Source: Octopus sinensis (Eukaryota). From it: a stretch of 64,000 nucleotides of DNA. The notes under the pieces were generated by a model. That model was not told where the DNA came from. It was given only the letters and a program-made list of their open reading frames with translations, and made no database searches. This document shows, one piece after another, positions 38,486 through 51,340 of this stretch. The DNA lies in contig NW_021832385.1 in NCBI RefSeq assembly GCF_006345805.1, forward strand, positions 2,444-66,443. The letters run 5' to 3'. The translations under genes were made by a program, and so were the position numbers. Numbering within the stretch: the stretch's first letter is position 1; each line of letters starts with the position of its first letter.

Positions 38486-38574
38486 TTCAGTACAATTGTT
38501 TCATACGAAGAACAGTTTTATTAAAAGCTGCAAATATTGCAGCAAATACAAGTGTCCCGTATTCATCAGCCAAA
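38486..38574 (-). ncRNA. Hammerhead ribozyme with branched 60-nt stem II
   Basis: Reverse complement: tttgg CTGATGA atacg...cgtat GAAA caattg TA ctgaa. Confidence 0.75.
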
Positions 38575-40522
38575 ATACATATGAGTTTTCCAAACATCCT
38601 AGTGGGTGAGGCTACACTCATGAAGTTATCGAAGAGAGTTCTATAAAAAGCAAATTTAGATTGTAAGCAGACTTCAAAAGTTCTCTAATGATGCACAGAT
38701 TTATAAAAGGTTTTTAAAAAGTTTGTTAGTTTCACAGAAAAGGTAAATCCATCCATAATAATGTAGGTGTAATTTCCGGAGATATGAGGAGATATTTCAT
38801 ACTCAGAGACGATGAATTTATCCATAACAAAGTAGGTATAATTTCCTGATATATGAGAAGATGCTGATCACATTGTGAAATGAACAGAAATGTGATCAGC
38901 ATTGAAACTTTTGTATCATCTGCATAACTTGTGATCGTGGCTCTCTGCATGGCTGAGGGCATGTCTGAGAGGGCCATTACGAACAGCAGTGGTCCCAGAA
39001 CAGTGCCTTGCGGAACACCGCTCACTATTTGCATGTCATTGGAGGTGGCCCCATTGGCTACTACCACCTGACTTCTATCCTTCAGAAAGTCATGAAGCCA
39101 TTCTCCCAATTTTCCAACTATGCCAAGATCACGCTTTTTTTTGACATATCATTCCATGATCGACTTTATCAAAGGCCTTTGCAAAGGCGAGATATATCAC
39201 TTCCAAATTTAAGTGGTTGAGCAGCTGTTTCAGCACCCAGTCATAGCGTTGTAAGAGCTGTGTGAAGCAGCTTCTTCCTGATCGGAAACCATGTTGGGTG
39301 TCGGGCAGCAAGTCATTTTCTTCAAGGAAGGCGATTAGTTTTCTTCTGACTATTTGTTCCATGACCTTGCTGATGTGTGAGGTTAGAGAGATAGGTCTGT
39401 AGTTCTTGGCCTCCGCTCTGCTATCTCCATTATGAATAGGGCATATTTTACCCTCCTTCAGTTTTTTTGAAAATTTACCAGTTGCAACGAAGCTCTGAAA
39501 GAGGGGCTGCAGTGGTCTGGCTAGGACTCGCTTACATACTTTTAGAAGGATTGCTGGGAATCCATCGGGGCCAGTAGCTGAGTTTGGGTTCATTTCATCT
39601 ATAGCCTTTATTACATCGTCTTCCTTTATATCGATGTAATCAATCATCATTGCCTCTATTTTTATATCTGCAGTAAAGAAGTCAGTTGGATTACTGACTT
39701 GAAAATGCCCTAGGAGTGGAGTGAAAATACTTTTCAATTGCTCATTTATCCTCATCGGATTTCCTGTGAGTGTACCATCTTTTTCGAAGAGTGGCTCTAT
39801 CCTGCAGTGCACTGAAGCTGTTTATTTGGCAAACTTGTAGAAAAATCTGGGGTTAGATTTTATATTGTCTATAGCCCAGGCTTCTTTGTCTGCTCTTTCT
39901 TGTCCATGGGAGAGTTGCAGACTTTTTTCAATTTCCAGCAGTTGTATTTTCAGGCAGGACTTTTCACTGCTTTCAATGTGTTTGTTTAGGCGATTTGAAA
40001 CTTTTGTATCTGGGGATTTTGTTCTTGTGTACAATGGCCTTTCTCTCTGGGACACATTTGCAGCATATGGCTTGCATTACAGACATGAATTGTTAAAGTT
40101 TCATGTCAATGTCCGGTGAGGAGAAACATTTAGGCCAGTTTGTTTGAGGATCTCTTTCTCAATTTGTTTCCAGTTTGCCTTATGGAAGTTCAAGCTGGAA
40201 AGATTCTGAGAGTTTCTTGTAGGTTGCATGTCCATGCTTTCCTTTAGCCCGTACATGGTCAGCTCTACTATGTTGTAATCTGAGAGTAGTGTTGGTGTCA
40301 CTTTCACATTATGGATGAGATCCATATTATTTGTGAAGCAGAGATCCAGTATGTTACCTGCCCTCATTGGTTGGAGTACTATTTGCTCCATGTACAAAGT
40401 GTTGATGAGGTTCAGGAGGGACCTCACCTGTCCTTGTTTGCATCGTATCATTCCTGGGAGAGAAAGGCCTTCAGGCCATCTGACATTGGGCAGATTGGAG
40501 TCTTCCATAAGAAGTACACATA

Positions 40523-41818
40523 CGAGGGGCGTTCAATAAGTAATGCCTCTGACCCACTTGCAGTTGTTTGATCTAGCATTGTTTGAATTACATGTGCAAT
40601 TATTTATATCTCTATAGATTAAGTGGCAAATTACAGCTCTGAACTTTTTGTGGTTTCTGAAATACAGGTGTTTGAACTGAGTCAAGTGTGAAATGGAGCC
40701 TGTTGAGTGTCGAGCAGTTATCCGGTTTTTTGTATTTGAAAGGACGCTCACCACAGGAGACTTTTGATGAAATGAAAGTAACTTATGGTGATGATGCCCC
40801 ATCATATGACCTTGTAAAACGCTGGCATCGTGAATTCAAACATGGTTGGAACTCTGCGGAAACAGCTCCCAGATCTGGTCGCCCCCCTCCTGCCATTGAT
40901 GAGGCATCTGTCCATCAAGTTGAGGCTGCCATTTTGGAAGATCGACGCATAACTATTCGCCAAATAGCCCATGAGGTCAAGTTTAGTACCGGGTCTGTGG
41001 AAACTATCATTCATGACCATTTGCATATGCAAAAGGTGTCTGCCAGATGGATTCCCAGGTTGCTCACACCTTTCCAGAAGCAAGAACGCGTCGAGTGCTC
41101 GAGGATGAATTTGGAGATGTGCCAAGAAGATGAGTCAAAGTTTTTCAAAAGACTGATTACACAGGATGAAACCTGGATCCATCACTATGATCCAGACACC
41201 AAAGCCCAGTCAATGCAGTGGAAGCACCGTGACTCACCTCCTCCCAAGAAGGCAAGGGTGCAGCCCTCCGCTGGCAAGGTCATGCTCACAGTCTTCTGGG
41301 GCCAGGACGGAGTAGTGATGACAGATTTCCTGGCAAAGGGTACCACAATTACAGGAGCCTATTATGCTTCACTTTTGAGGAAATTAAGAGAAGCTATCAA
41401 AATGAAGAGGTGGGGAAAGATCAGCAAAGGCATCCTCCTCCTGCAGGACAACGCTCCGGTCTACAACTCGCGTGTTGCCAGATCAGAAGCACAGGCGTGC
41501 AGCTATTAACTCCTCCCCTATCCCCCTACTCTCCTGACCTTGCACCCTCCGATTTTCACCTCTTCCCAGCCATGAAGTTGTTTTTGAAAGGAAAGCGTTT
41601 CCCAGATGATGCAGCCTTGATTTCTGAAGTCACGTCGTGGTTGGAGGACCAAGCTGGGGTCTTCTACAAAAACGGTCTCCAGAGTTGCATCAAACGATGG
41701 GAGAAATGTGTAACTCTGAGTGGTTCCTATGTAGAAAAAGACTAATAACTGTGCCAAGTTTCGTTGCTCTACTGCTATGGGAATTGGGTCAGGAGCATTA
41801 CTTATTGAACGCCCCTCG
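40523..41818 (+). mobile_element. mariner DNA transposon (DD34D), ~1296 bp
   Basis: TIR cgaggggcgttcaataagtaatgc perfect over 24 bp; TA duplication at 40521-22 and 41819-20. Confidence 0.95.
40693..41745 (+). pseudogene. mariner transposase with frameshifts and one nonsense codon
   Basis: MEPVECRAVIRF start, WIPRLL, TQDETW, LQDNAP, YSPDLAPSDFHLF; 34 residues between D2 and D3 by my count. Confidence 0.92.
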
Positions 41819-42674
41819 TATGTATGGTTCTAATGTGACTAGAACTTCTATTTTTGCAAGGCAGTCTTCAAACTTGCCTACATGGCCTGGAGCATCTGGA
41901 GGGCTATATGTTGCACATATAACTACACCGAGTTGCCTTATATGTACAATTAGTGTGTCACATACTAAATTTGAGTGTGACAAAAGGATCTGAGGTGTGA
42001 GGTCTTCGTGGATGTACATAGCAACTCCACCATGACTTCTTTCTTTTCTGTCAGTCCTTAATACAACATACTGTGGTATGTGTATTTCTGCATTTGCTAT
42101 ATCTGGTTTCAGGTGTGCTATGCATAAGGCTTGATTGCATGCAACAAGGTCTCTTAAGAAAGGGATTTTTGTCCTGTTACTGAGTGTTAGCAGTCCTCTG
42201 ATGTTCAGTAGAAGCATCGGGGTGATGTGTGTGTTGTTACCAGTGGTGTTAACCTTGGGTCTATTTGCTGTGGTGGTCTTGTGTATTGTGGATAGTCCCA
42301 TCTGTGAGATTGATGGAGTCAGGTCAGCTGCTGTACAAACTTTTGTGCCATGCACAAAAAAAGATTGTTGTTCAGCAGCTGCCCTTTCAATAACATGTCG
42401 ATGGGTTTGGTTTGTAGCATGCACTACATCTGCGTACCTCCGTTTTGGGGCAGGTGGTGCGTAGTCCTTTCCTTTTGGCAGGTGGCTTCTGCCCTGCTTC
42501 ATGTTTATGTGGTGGGGTCGCGGGGTCTTTGGTGTGCTAAACAGAAGCCTGCACCTACCTCACCATGCCAGCAGACAACTTTCAAGTAGAATTTACACAT
42601 TCGTGTATGCTGTCTCTTTTTATCCTTTTTGTTATATGGATAGTCATGTTTACTTCTTTCCTTGGCTGTATATG

Positions 42675-42732
<58 letters not shown>

Positions 42733-42775
42733 TAGATATAAATATATATACATATATATATACATTATTTTTCTT

Positions 42776-43236
42776 CTGTAGTTTCAGCTCAGAGCTGCGG
42801 CCATGCCCATGCACAGCTGTTTTGCTACTCTTATATGTGGCATTTGGTGAAGAATGGATTTTGGTGTAGCTATCCTCATTTGCACCTCTTCCTGTGAGGT
42901 AGGTTAATCTGGGACTTGTCATTCAGTGTCTCACTGATCCCAGTTGAACTGTCCGTGAAGGAACCATTCTTTTGGAAGAAGGGTCCTATCTTGCAGCGTA
43001 CTTAGGCTGTGTCTTTCGTGTATTGAAAGAAGGCCTTTGAGTTTGACTTATTGTTTTTTTTATAATCTTGGCTTCTTTGTTTTCTCTCGCCCTCACATAG
43101 GATTGTTGCAGGTTTTTTAAAATCACTATCAGTATTGTTTTTAGGCGGGACATTTCGTTACTTTTGCGATGTTGGTTGAGTCGATTTGCAACCTTCGTCC
43201 GTCGTCTCTTCATCCCACTTGGAATCTTGTTCCTAT
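42776..43236 (-). mobile_element. Internally deleted Myb-LINE remnant E
   Basis: 3' motif ctagtttcagctcagagctgcggccatg joined to an RNKIP..RRRTKVANRLN linker fragment. Confidence 0.8.
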
Positions 43237-43301
43237 GTATATATATATATATATATTTATATATACACATACATATATATGTGTGTCTATATTTATACAT
43301 A

Positions 43302-43332
<31 letters not shown>

Positions 43333-43339
43333 TAAAAAT

Positions 43340-45235
43340 GAGTGAAAAAACTACAGAAGGCTTGTGTTATAAGGTTAAAGAATATATTTAAGTCGTTATG
43401 TTAGAAAAGTGTTATAAAAAGTTTTGTATAGTAACATAGTTTTTGGAGAAATAACCGGTTTCGTATTTTCTTTTCAAAGTTCTTTATCTACACCGTGTCA
43501 TGTCTTCGCTATGTAGTATGGGGTTCCATGCAGGGGAAGGTAATCAGGGATTTCTTCCGGTATAAGGGAGATAATCGCTTTATATTTTTTCAATGAGATG
43601 AGTTTCCTTGTTTAAAAATGTTAGAAATGGTTAAGTTTTGGCTTATATTTTTTAATGAAGAATGTTTCCTTGCTTAATCTAACTTGTGTTGGTGTTCCAA
43701 TAGCACATTGATAGAATGGAAAGATTAAAAATCGTGGTAGTAGTTGCTTTGCGCATTTCTCAATGTTTACTAAAGTGTATCATTCTGTATTCTGGGAATG
43801 CAATCTATTGTCGATGCAGAGTGCATCTGCGTCTGAGCGATAATACCATGGACCCTATGTAGTTTTGGTGGCAGCCCGAGTATCTTAGCTTTTCTGAAGC
43901 TCAAGTAAAATTAGATTTGATCTTGAATTTTTGTCCCTCTTTGAAGAGGAATTCTGATCCTTCTAGAAGGTTTGGGCATCTTGCGCAGTTTGGTCTACCA
44001 CATTTTTTGACTTTTGCATCCGTTATTTCAGAAAACAATTTTGCCTTTGTGAGGATCTTTTTTAGTGATTTAGGTTGTTTGTAGCTTTTAATGGTTTTAT
44101 GTATGTTTAAAATTTCCTTTAATTTGGGGTCCTTATGAAGCATTGGTAAATTCTGGGTGATGATGGTGAAGGCTTCTTTGTTTCTGGGGTTGTATGTGGA
44201 TATGTAAGGCAGTATTTTCGGGGAATGTGTGTTGCTGTGTTGCACTTTTTAAAGTTTCTATGTTGATCTCTGTTGCACGTCTGATTCCATCCTCTATGAG
44301 TTGAACTGGGTAGTGTCTGTCAATTAGGGTGTTTTTGAGTTCTTGTAGTCTAAAGTTTCTGGTATTTTGTTCTGACACTATTGTGCATATCCTTCTTGCA
44401 AGGTTGAAGGGGATGTTTGTTTTAATGTGTTTTGGGTGGCATGAATCAAAAAGTAGGTACTGTTTGGCATCTGTGGTTTTGTAAAATATGTCTGTTTCTA
44501 TTTTTAGGTTAATTTTTTAAGAATGGAAGCTCCTTTTGGTAGTATTTCATTGTGAACTGTATGTTTGGGTTGACGCCGTTCAATAGGTTTTTGAATTTTA
44601 AGAGTTTATCTGTGTTTTCATTCCAGAATATAAAACAGTCGTCTAGGAATCTTTTCCATTTCTCTTTTATGTATTGGGAAAGGGGGTTTCCAAAGGTCGA
44701 TAAAGATTCCTGGTATATTATTACCTTCAGGTAGCCCATTGTTAGGTTTGCAATGACTGGTGCTGCCCTTGTACCCATAGCAATTCCGGATTTTTTACGG
44801 TAAAACGTATTGTCAAACATGAAGTGGTTATTTTGTAGGATGAATGCAACCAATTTAGTAATGAATTCTTTACTGATCCTTTTTGATATTTCTTCCAGAA
44901 ATTGGTCCAGCCAGAACTGAATTGCCTCTAGTCCATAATTATGAGGTATACTGGTATATAAATTAACTACATCAAATGAAACCATGGTTGTTTCTTCCTT
45001 GACTTTTTTGGAAGGTGACATAACATATCCAAGTCATCTCTGATATGGCTATCGATGTGTTTAAGGAAGGGTTTCGGGAGGATGTCCATAAATAGACTTA
45101 GTCTGTGTGTTTCATAGGCTGGGCCAGCTACAATGGGTCGTAGTTTTAGGTTCCCCGGGTTTGGTGTATGTATGTACGTCTTTGGTGATTTTTTAATGGT
45201 TTCATTTATAATCTGGTTTATGTGTATGCATATTA
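43340..45235 (-). mobile_element. Neptune-type PLE, 5'-truncated (RT, thumb, GIY-YIG, pLTR), degraded
   Basis: SFDVVNLYTSIP, GIAMGTRAAPVIANL, WKRFLDDCF, ISTYNP, CGRPNCARC, CHQNYIG. Confidence 0.88.
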
Positions 45236-45393
45236 TTATGTATATACTTATATATATGTATATTTAGGTGTATATACACTTATATGTATATGTAAATATG
45301 TACATATGCATATTTTTGTATATGTGTACCTTGTTTAATATTCATATTTGCATTTTATATCTTCATTTTATATCTTTATAATTGTACTTTATA

Positions 45394-45519
45394 ATTTCTG
45401 ACGAGGCCTTGAGATATATATATAAGTAACTCATTTTTAATTGCATATTACCTCAATACATCTGACTAATATGGGCATAATGAGATACTCTTATCTACAG
45501 GCTGAAATAGCTGTAAGAT
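45394..45519 (+). ncRNA. Hammerhead ribozyme with 99-nt stem II
   Basis: attt CTGACGA ggcct...aggct GAAA tagctg TA agat. Confidence 0.7.
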
Positions 45520-45998
45520 CCATTTTATATGTATTATTCTTATGTTATTATCTTACTTATTGATGTATATTGTTATATTGTTTTATTCTGTCTTATTCTG
45601 CTGGATTTGTATGTTCCTATTTAATCTAAAAAATTAGTTAATAAATTATATGAATTGGTATTATCTGGAAATTGAGGACTGAAAGAAATCTATTCCTCCA
45701 TTTTCTTACTTTGTATAATGAATTTGAGGTAAAACATTTTACCTTCCCCATATAATACAATAAATCAATTAATTGCATTGCAATTCTTAGCATTTATGTA
45801 TTAGCCTTCTGGGTACTTTACTGGCAGTATATTGGATAAATGATATCCCATAGTGGGTTACACTCATAACCCCTATCTCACTTTGTACTTTTAAGTTATT
45901 TTTCTGAGGAATTTGAATTGCTAATACTTATGTACATGAAGTATCTACTCAGATGGTATAAGTGAATGCATCCAAGTATAGTACATCAATTCCACAGG

Positions 45999-48789
45999 AT
46001 GATTACTGCTGGTAAAACGGAGAAGATCCTGATCAATTCATCAATGAAAGATGTACCCATTCCAACTAAGGATCACTACACTAAAGAGCTTATTTAGAGA
46101 ATAAACGATTTTATACGCAGGATTAGATGGAAAGTATTCCACCATGAAAAAAATATTAGAAAAGTGAACCAGGAAGGAAGTAATGACCCCAACCGTAATG
46201 GAACAAGAAGTAACTATGAGGAAGCAATTAAACTAACGGGAAACACCTTCAAATCTAAGAAATCACCACCACCAAACAAACATCTGGAAAACTTCGAGCA
46301 GGAATTATGGGACACCATCAGAAATATTAAATTTAAAAACCACCCATTGAGGAACAATCCGTACCAAAGAAAATTAAAGGAATTAATAAGAACTCTTAAG
46401 GGTAAGAATGGTATATTAACCCATTCTGACAAAACTAGTAACATTTACAATATTGACATTCTTACATACCACGAATTATTGCATAAAGAAATTACGAAGA
46501 AGTATAAGATTGTACCCTTTGATACACTCAGAAAATTAAACTTAGAGGCTAAGGAAATCATGTTTGGTTACTATCTAGAAGATAAAACTGAACCCTATAC
46601 TCCCATTAGACCGAGAATTATAATTAAGGATCACAAGGATAATTTCCTTGGTAATACACAGGTTAGACTGATTTGTCCTACCAAGTCTGACTTAGGTAAA
46701 TTAAGCAAACTAATCCTTGACAAATACTTACCAACTATACGAAACAAAATTAAGCTGTCTTTGGAAAAATATACAGGGTACACTGGATTGGTTCTCTAGC
46801 ATTAAGGTTAGTAATGATAGTAACAATAAATTTATCCAACTAGATATACAGAACTATTACTCTTCTATAAACCCTATTATACTGAACCAGGCTTTAATTT
46901 TTGCTAGGAGACACACTATCATAAGTATGAGGGAAATCAAGGTTATTTTAACGGCTAGAAAAACAGTAATAGAATTTGATAAATTATGGGCTAGGAAGGA
47001 CACACCCAACTTATTTGACATCACTATGGGATCGCCGGATTCAGCGGAAGTGACAGATTTAGTAGGGATGTATTTACTAGATAATTTAAATAAGGAATTC
47101 CCTGAATTGAAGGGCGGCCTATATAGAGACTATGCTTTGTTTTTAGTTAAGAATAAATCTAATAGAAGACTAGATTTACTGAAAAAACGACTGCACAAAT
47201 TTTTAAAGAGTTTTGGTTTATCTATAATTATTGAAAATGAAAATTACTCTGTCAATTATTTATATGTTAATTGCAACCTTACAAATGGGATACATGAACC
47301 TTATTTTAAACCTAATTCTAATTATAAACTACTCTAGCAATCACCCCCCTCAAATTAAAAGGTCACTTTTGCTTAGCATTAGTCAGAGAATCTCTTATCT
47401 ATCCTCGAACGCGGATATATTTAATAGACATAGTGAAAAATATAACTCTGCATTACATAAGGCAGGTTATACGGGTAAAATTAAGTATATACCTAGTAAC
47501 AACCTTAGGAATAGAAGTAGATCTACTACTACAATACAAATGGATTGGGCAGGGATAATGGCAACTCTAGGGTAACGAGCAATAAGGTATATAATATTGT
47601 GAATGGTAATAATACAAGTAACGGTGTAAACAGAGCTAATGATCTTATATTAAATAACTTAGCACATAACATTAATATTAATAATAATAATATTAATAAT
47701 AATAAACATAAAAATAATATTAATAATATTTACGGAAATTGAAAAACTTGTTTACACCATAGTAACAATACCAATTATGACAAGGATTTTAGTCATAATT
47801 TTGGTAATATAAATCATAGAAAGTGTAGGGGAAGTAAGAGGAATAGGGTATTTGTTAATAATAGGAATTTGATAGGTAACCCACATAGTGGAAATGATGC
47901 ACTATGGCTGATAATTCCATATGCTATGCAAATTAAAACTGACATAGTTGGAATTATCCATAGTTTATTGTACAAGCATTTTGAGAAGGGAAAGAATAAA
48001 TATTGTAACATAATTAATAATAATTAAACTATTAGAATAGGATACAGCCTTACTCATAATTTAGCCACCATTATATCCTCCTTTGATAATAGAAAATTAG
48101 ACCATTTCTATAGTGATAGAAAGATAAACATGGGTAGCAGTAATGTGCCTCACTACAACTTGAGATTTAATAATTTTAACATTGCGAGTGTGAGTAGCCC
48201 GTACGGAGGTAATAATAGCGCTATTTCTGTAGCGATGAATAGCAACTTGGTTGATGATATTGGTATTTGTAGTAGTAGTTCTAACGATTTGAATAATATT
48301 AATAATGTTAAATATAGACCACCGTTGAATATAGGAATAAGTATTGAGAATGATGTTAACATTATCAATAATAATATTGATGCCGAGAATCGTAATAAGG
48401 TTAAACTTTTTCAATCAGATAACAGCTGCAATTTCAGAATTAAAGACAACTGTGTGTTCAATAATGAATGCTTGAAAAAAGAGGTGGTTTACCAATGTAT
48501 TGTGAGTACACAATATGATAGTAGGGTATATATTGGTGCTACTAAAAATAGTAGGAATAGAAATAGGATTAATTCTACAGGGTTAAGTACATATATTTGG
48601 GAGCTTAAGAGCAAGAGTATAGATTGGAAAATACTTACTTCTGCATCAGCGTATAATAATAGAACTAGAAAATGCTCTTTATGCATCAATGAAATTTTCT
48701 TTATTATCAAAGCTAATTTACCTATTATTAAGGAGCGTAATGGGTCTTGCCTTCATAGGCTAGCGTATACTTTCTCTAGATTTAAATAG
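45999..48789 (+). pseudogene. Naiad RT-GIY-YIG polyprotein with stops, frameshifts and YRDY at the catalytic motif
   Basis: MITAGKTEKILINSSMKDVPIP, RLICPTKSDLG, TMGSPDSAEVTDLVG, LYRDY, CVFNNEC..VVYQC..VYIG..CSLC..CLH. Confidence 0.9.
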
Positions 48790-49984
48790 CACTTAGTTTT
48801 AAATCAGTAATTTTAAATGACCTAAATAGCTGTTATAGACTTATTACTGTTTTATCTAGGAATACTAATTCTGCCATTAATCATGGGCATTCTAATTTTA
48901 TATTTCTATGTATAAGTGTTTTGTTTTATTTTGTTTTTGAATATATCTGTATATTTTGATATATATATATATATTTTTATCCACATCGAATTTTCTACTG
49001 GTCTCGCACATATACGTACACCATATCATATGCATTTAGTTTGGGACTTCGGTGTATTGATCTGTACTTAGTTTGGGTCTATATATTAAACACATGGTGT
49101 TCACCTTTAGATGCGTACATGTGTATACATACATATGTAAGTGTGTACGTATATCTAAATTTCATGTAGGTCTTTGTATGAATCCACTTGGTGGTCTTCA
49201 ATATTAAGTTTTTTTTATGTATATTTGTACTTATTTGTACTTTTTTGTTTTTGTACTTTTTTTATTTACTGACACTCGATAATTTATAATTTATAATTTA
49301 TTATAACATATATATGTATATGTGTACATTTGTGTATGTGTATGCCTGAGTGTATGTGTATGTGCATGTGTAGGCGTGCATGTATATCTGTATTTATGAT
49401 TGTGCATGTAAGTATGTCTGCGTATGTTTGTATGTATGTGGATATATAGGTATGTCTATTCTAGTAGGGTGTATGTATGTATTTGAATGTATGTATAAAT
49501 GTATATATGTATAGGTGTGTGTGTATGCATAAATATATTTTTATATATATGTATGTAGCTATGTATATGTTTATATATATGTATGTATATATATGTTACT
49601 TATATGTATGTATATTTATGTGTGGGTATATAAGCACATATGTATGTGTGTATGTATGAACGTTCTTGTCTGTGTATACATGCTTATTTGTTTGTATATT
49701 GTATATGTATAGTATGCATATATGGGGATGTTTGTAGGTCTGTATGCACGCGTGCATGAGGATCTTTATATACATATATGAGTGTATATATGTATGTGCA
49801 TATATATATTTACTTATGTTCCTCTACCTATATTGGATTCAGACTTTTGTTGCATTTTACAGGTTTATTGGTATTGGGTGGACTGTATATTTATTTGTTT
49901 AGTTTTAACTAAGTAAGTACCTTGTTTAATATTCATATTTGCATTTTATATCTTCATTTTATATCTTTATAATTGTACTTTATA

Positions 49985-50110
49985 ATCTCTGACGAGGCCT
50001 TGAGATATATATATAAGTAAATCATTTTTAACTGCATATTACCTCAATACATCTGACTAATATGGGCATAATGAGATACTCTTATCTACAGGCTGAAATA
50101 GCTGTAAGAT
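49985..50110 (+). ncRNA. Hammerhead ribozyme with 99-nt stem II (second pLTR)
   Basis: atct CTGACGA ggcct...aggct GAAA tagctg TA agat. Confidence 0.72.
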
Positions 50111-50320
50111 CCATTTTATATGTATTATTCTTATGGTATTATCTTACTTATTGATGTATATTGTTATATTGTTTTATTCTGTCTTATTCTGTTGGATTTG
50201 TATGTTCCTATTTAATCTAAAAAATTAGTTAATAAATTATATAAATTGGTATTATCTGGAAGTTGAGGATTGAAAGAAATCTATTCCTCCATTTTCTTAT
50301 TTTATATATACATATATATA

Positions 50321-50393
<73 letters not shown>

Positions 50394-50602
50394 GTGAAAT
50401 AGAAAGATGAATAATCTTGTAGTAGATTAATCAACAGTTTAACCGATACCTTAGTAGCAAAAATCACAGCAGTAAACAGCACGGTTGGAGGTACAACCAT
50501 CTGGCGTTGCAACCGTGCGTTGGTGCGGATAATTGAAATTAAAACATTATTGGTGAATTGAAGAAATGGAGCTGAACGCAGATTGAACAGAAATCGTTTT
50601 AT

Positions 50603-50689
50603 TTCATTCTACACGTGTTTCGAAAGGCACAAATTACCAAAATCCGATTGAATAATGGGACCATATTGTGTCTTTCTCTTCAGGAAGAA
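50603..50689 (-). ncRNA. Hammerhead ribozyme (F390)
   Basis: Reverse complement of the 50706-50792 motif. Confidence 0.75.
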
Positions 50690-50705
50690 AAAAGGATTTC
50701 CTTTT

Positions 50706-50792
50706 TTCTTCCTGAAGAGAAAGACACAATATGGTCCCATTATTCAATCGGATTTTGGTAATTTGTGCCTTTCGAAACACGTGTAGAATGAA
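50706..50792 (+). ncRNA. Hammerhead ribozyme with 55-nt stem II (F390)
   Basis: ttcttc CTGAAGA gaaagacacaat...tttgtgcctttc GAAA cacgtg TA gaatgaa. Confidence 0.8.
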
Positions 50793-50875
50793 ATAAAACG
50801 ATTTCTGTTCAATCTGCGTTCAGCTCCATTTCTTCAATTCACCAATAATGTTATATATATATATATTATATATAT

Positions 50876-50927
<52 letters not shown>

Positions 50928-50946
50928 CATATATTATATATAATAC

Positions 50947-50979
<33 letters not shown>

Positions 50980-51123
50980 CACATATATATATACATATAT
51001 ATATATACATATATATATACATATATATATATACATATATATATACATACATATATATACATATATACATATATATATATTATACATATATATATATATA
51101 CAAACATATATATATATATACAT

Positions 51124-51158
<35 letters not shown>

Positions 51159-51229
51159 ACAAACACACACACATATATATATAAATATAGAAACATATAT
51201 ATATATATATGTATATATATATACAAACA

Positions 51230-51261
<32 letters not shown>

Positions 51262-51340
51262 CACATATATATATATACACATATATATATATACATATAT
51301 ATATACACACATATATATATACACATATATAAATATATAT

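Larger units (their letters stand above)
38903..42668 (-). mobile_element. Myb-LINE family copy D, 3'-truncated after YADD and split by a mariner
   Basis: CKFYLKVVCWHGEVGAGFCLAH, LLLNIRGL, NYRPISLTSH, PQGTVLGP, SYADDTKVS; LINE sequence is contiguous across the mariner. Confidence 0.9.
45326..50303 (+). mobile_element. Naiad-type PLE 3, complete architecture (pLTR, RT, Asn-rich linker, GIY-YIG, 3' UTR, pLTR), inactivated
   Basis: ~387 bp direct repeats at 45326-45712 and 49917-50303; ORF remnants 45999-48789. Confidence 0.92.
50393..50852. repeat. F390 copy 2 with a ~155 bp fold-back palindrome centred at ~50697
   Basis: 50543-50697 is the reverse complement of 50698-50852. Confidence 0.9.

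Noticed and set aside
43440-43500. Possible HHR in the Neptune pLTR (minus strand cttTGAAAA..GAAAccggTT)
   Set aside because: Core too degenerate to call
50327-50512. Similar 40-aa peptide at 50327-50512 and 33317-33577
   Set aside because: Explained by nucleotide similarity of two F390 copies; the ORFs run into microsatellite
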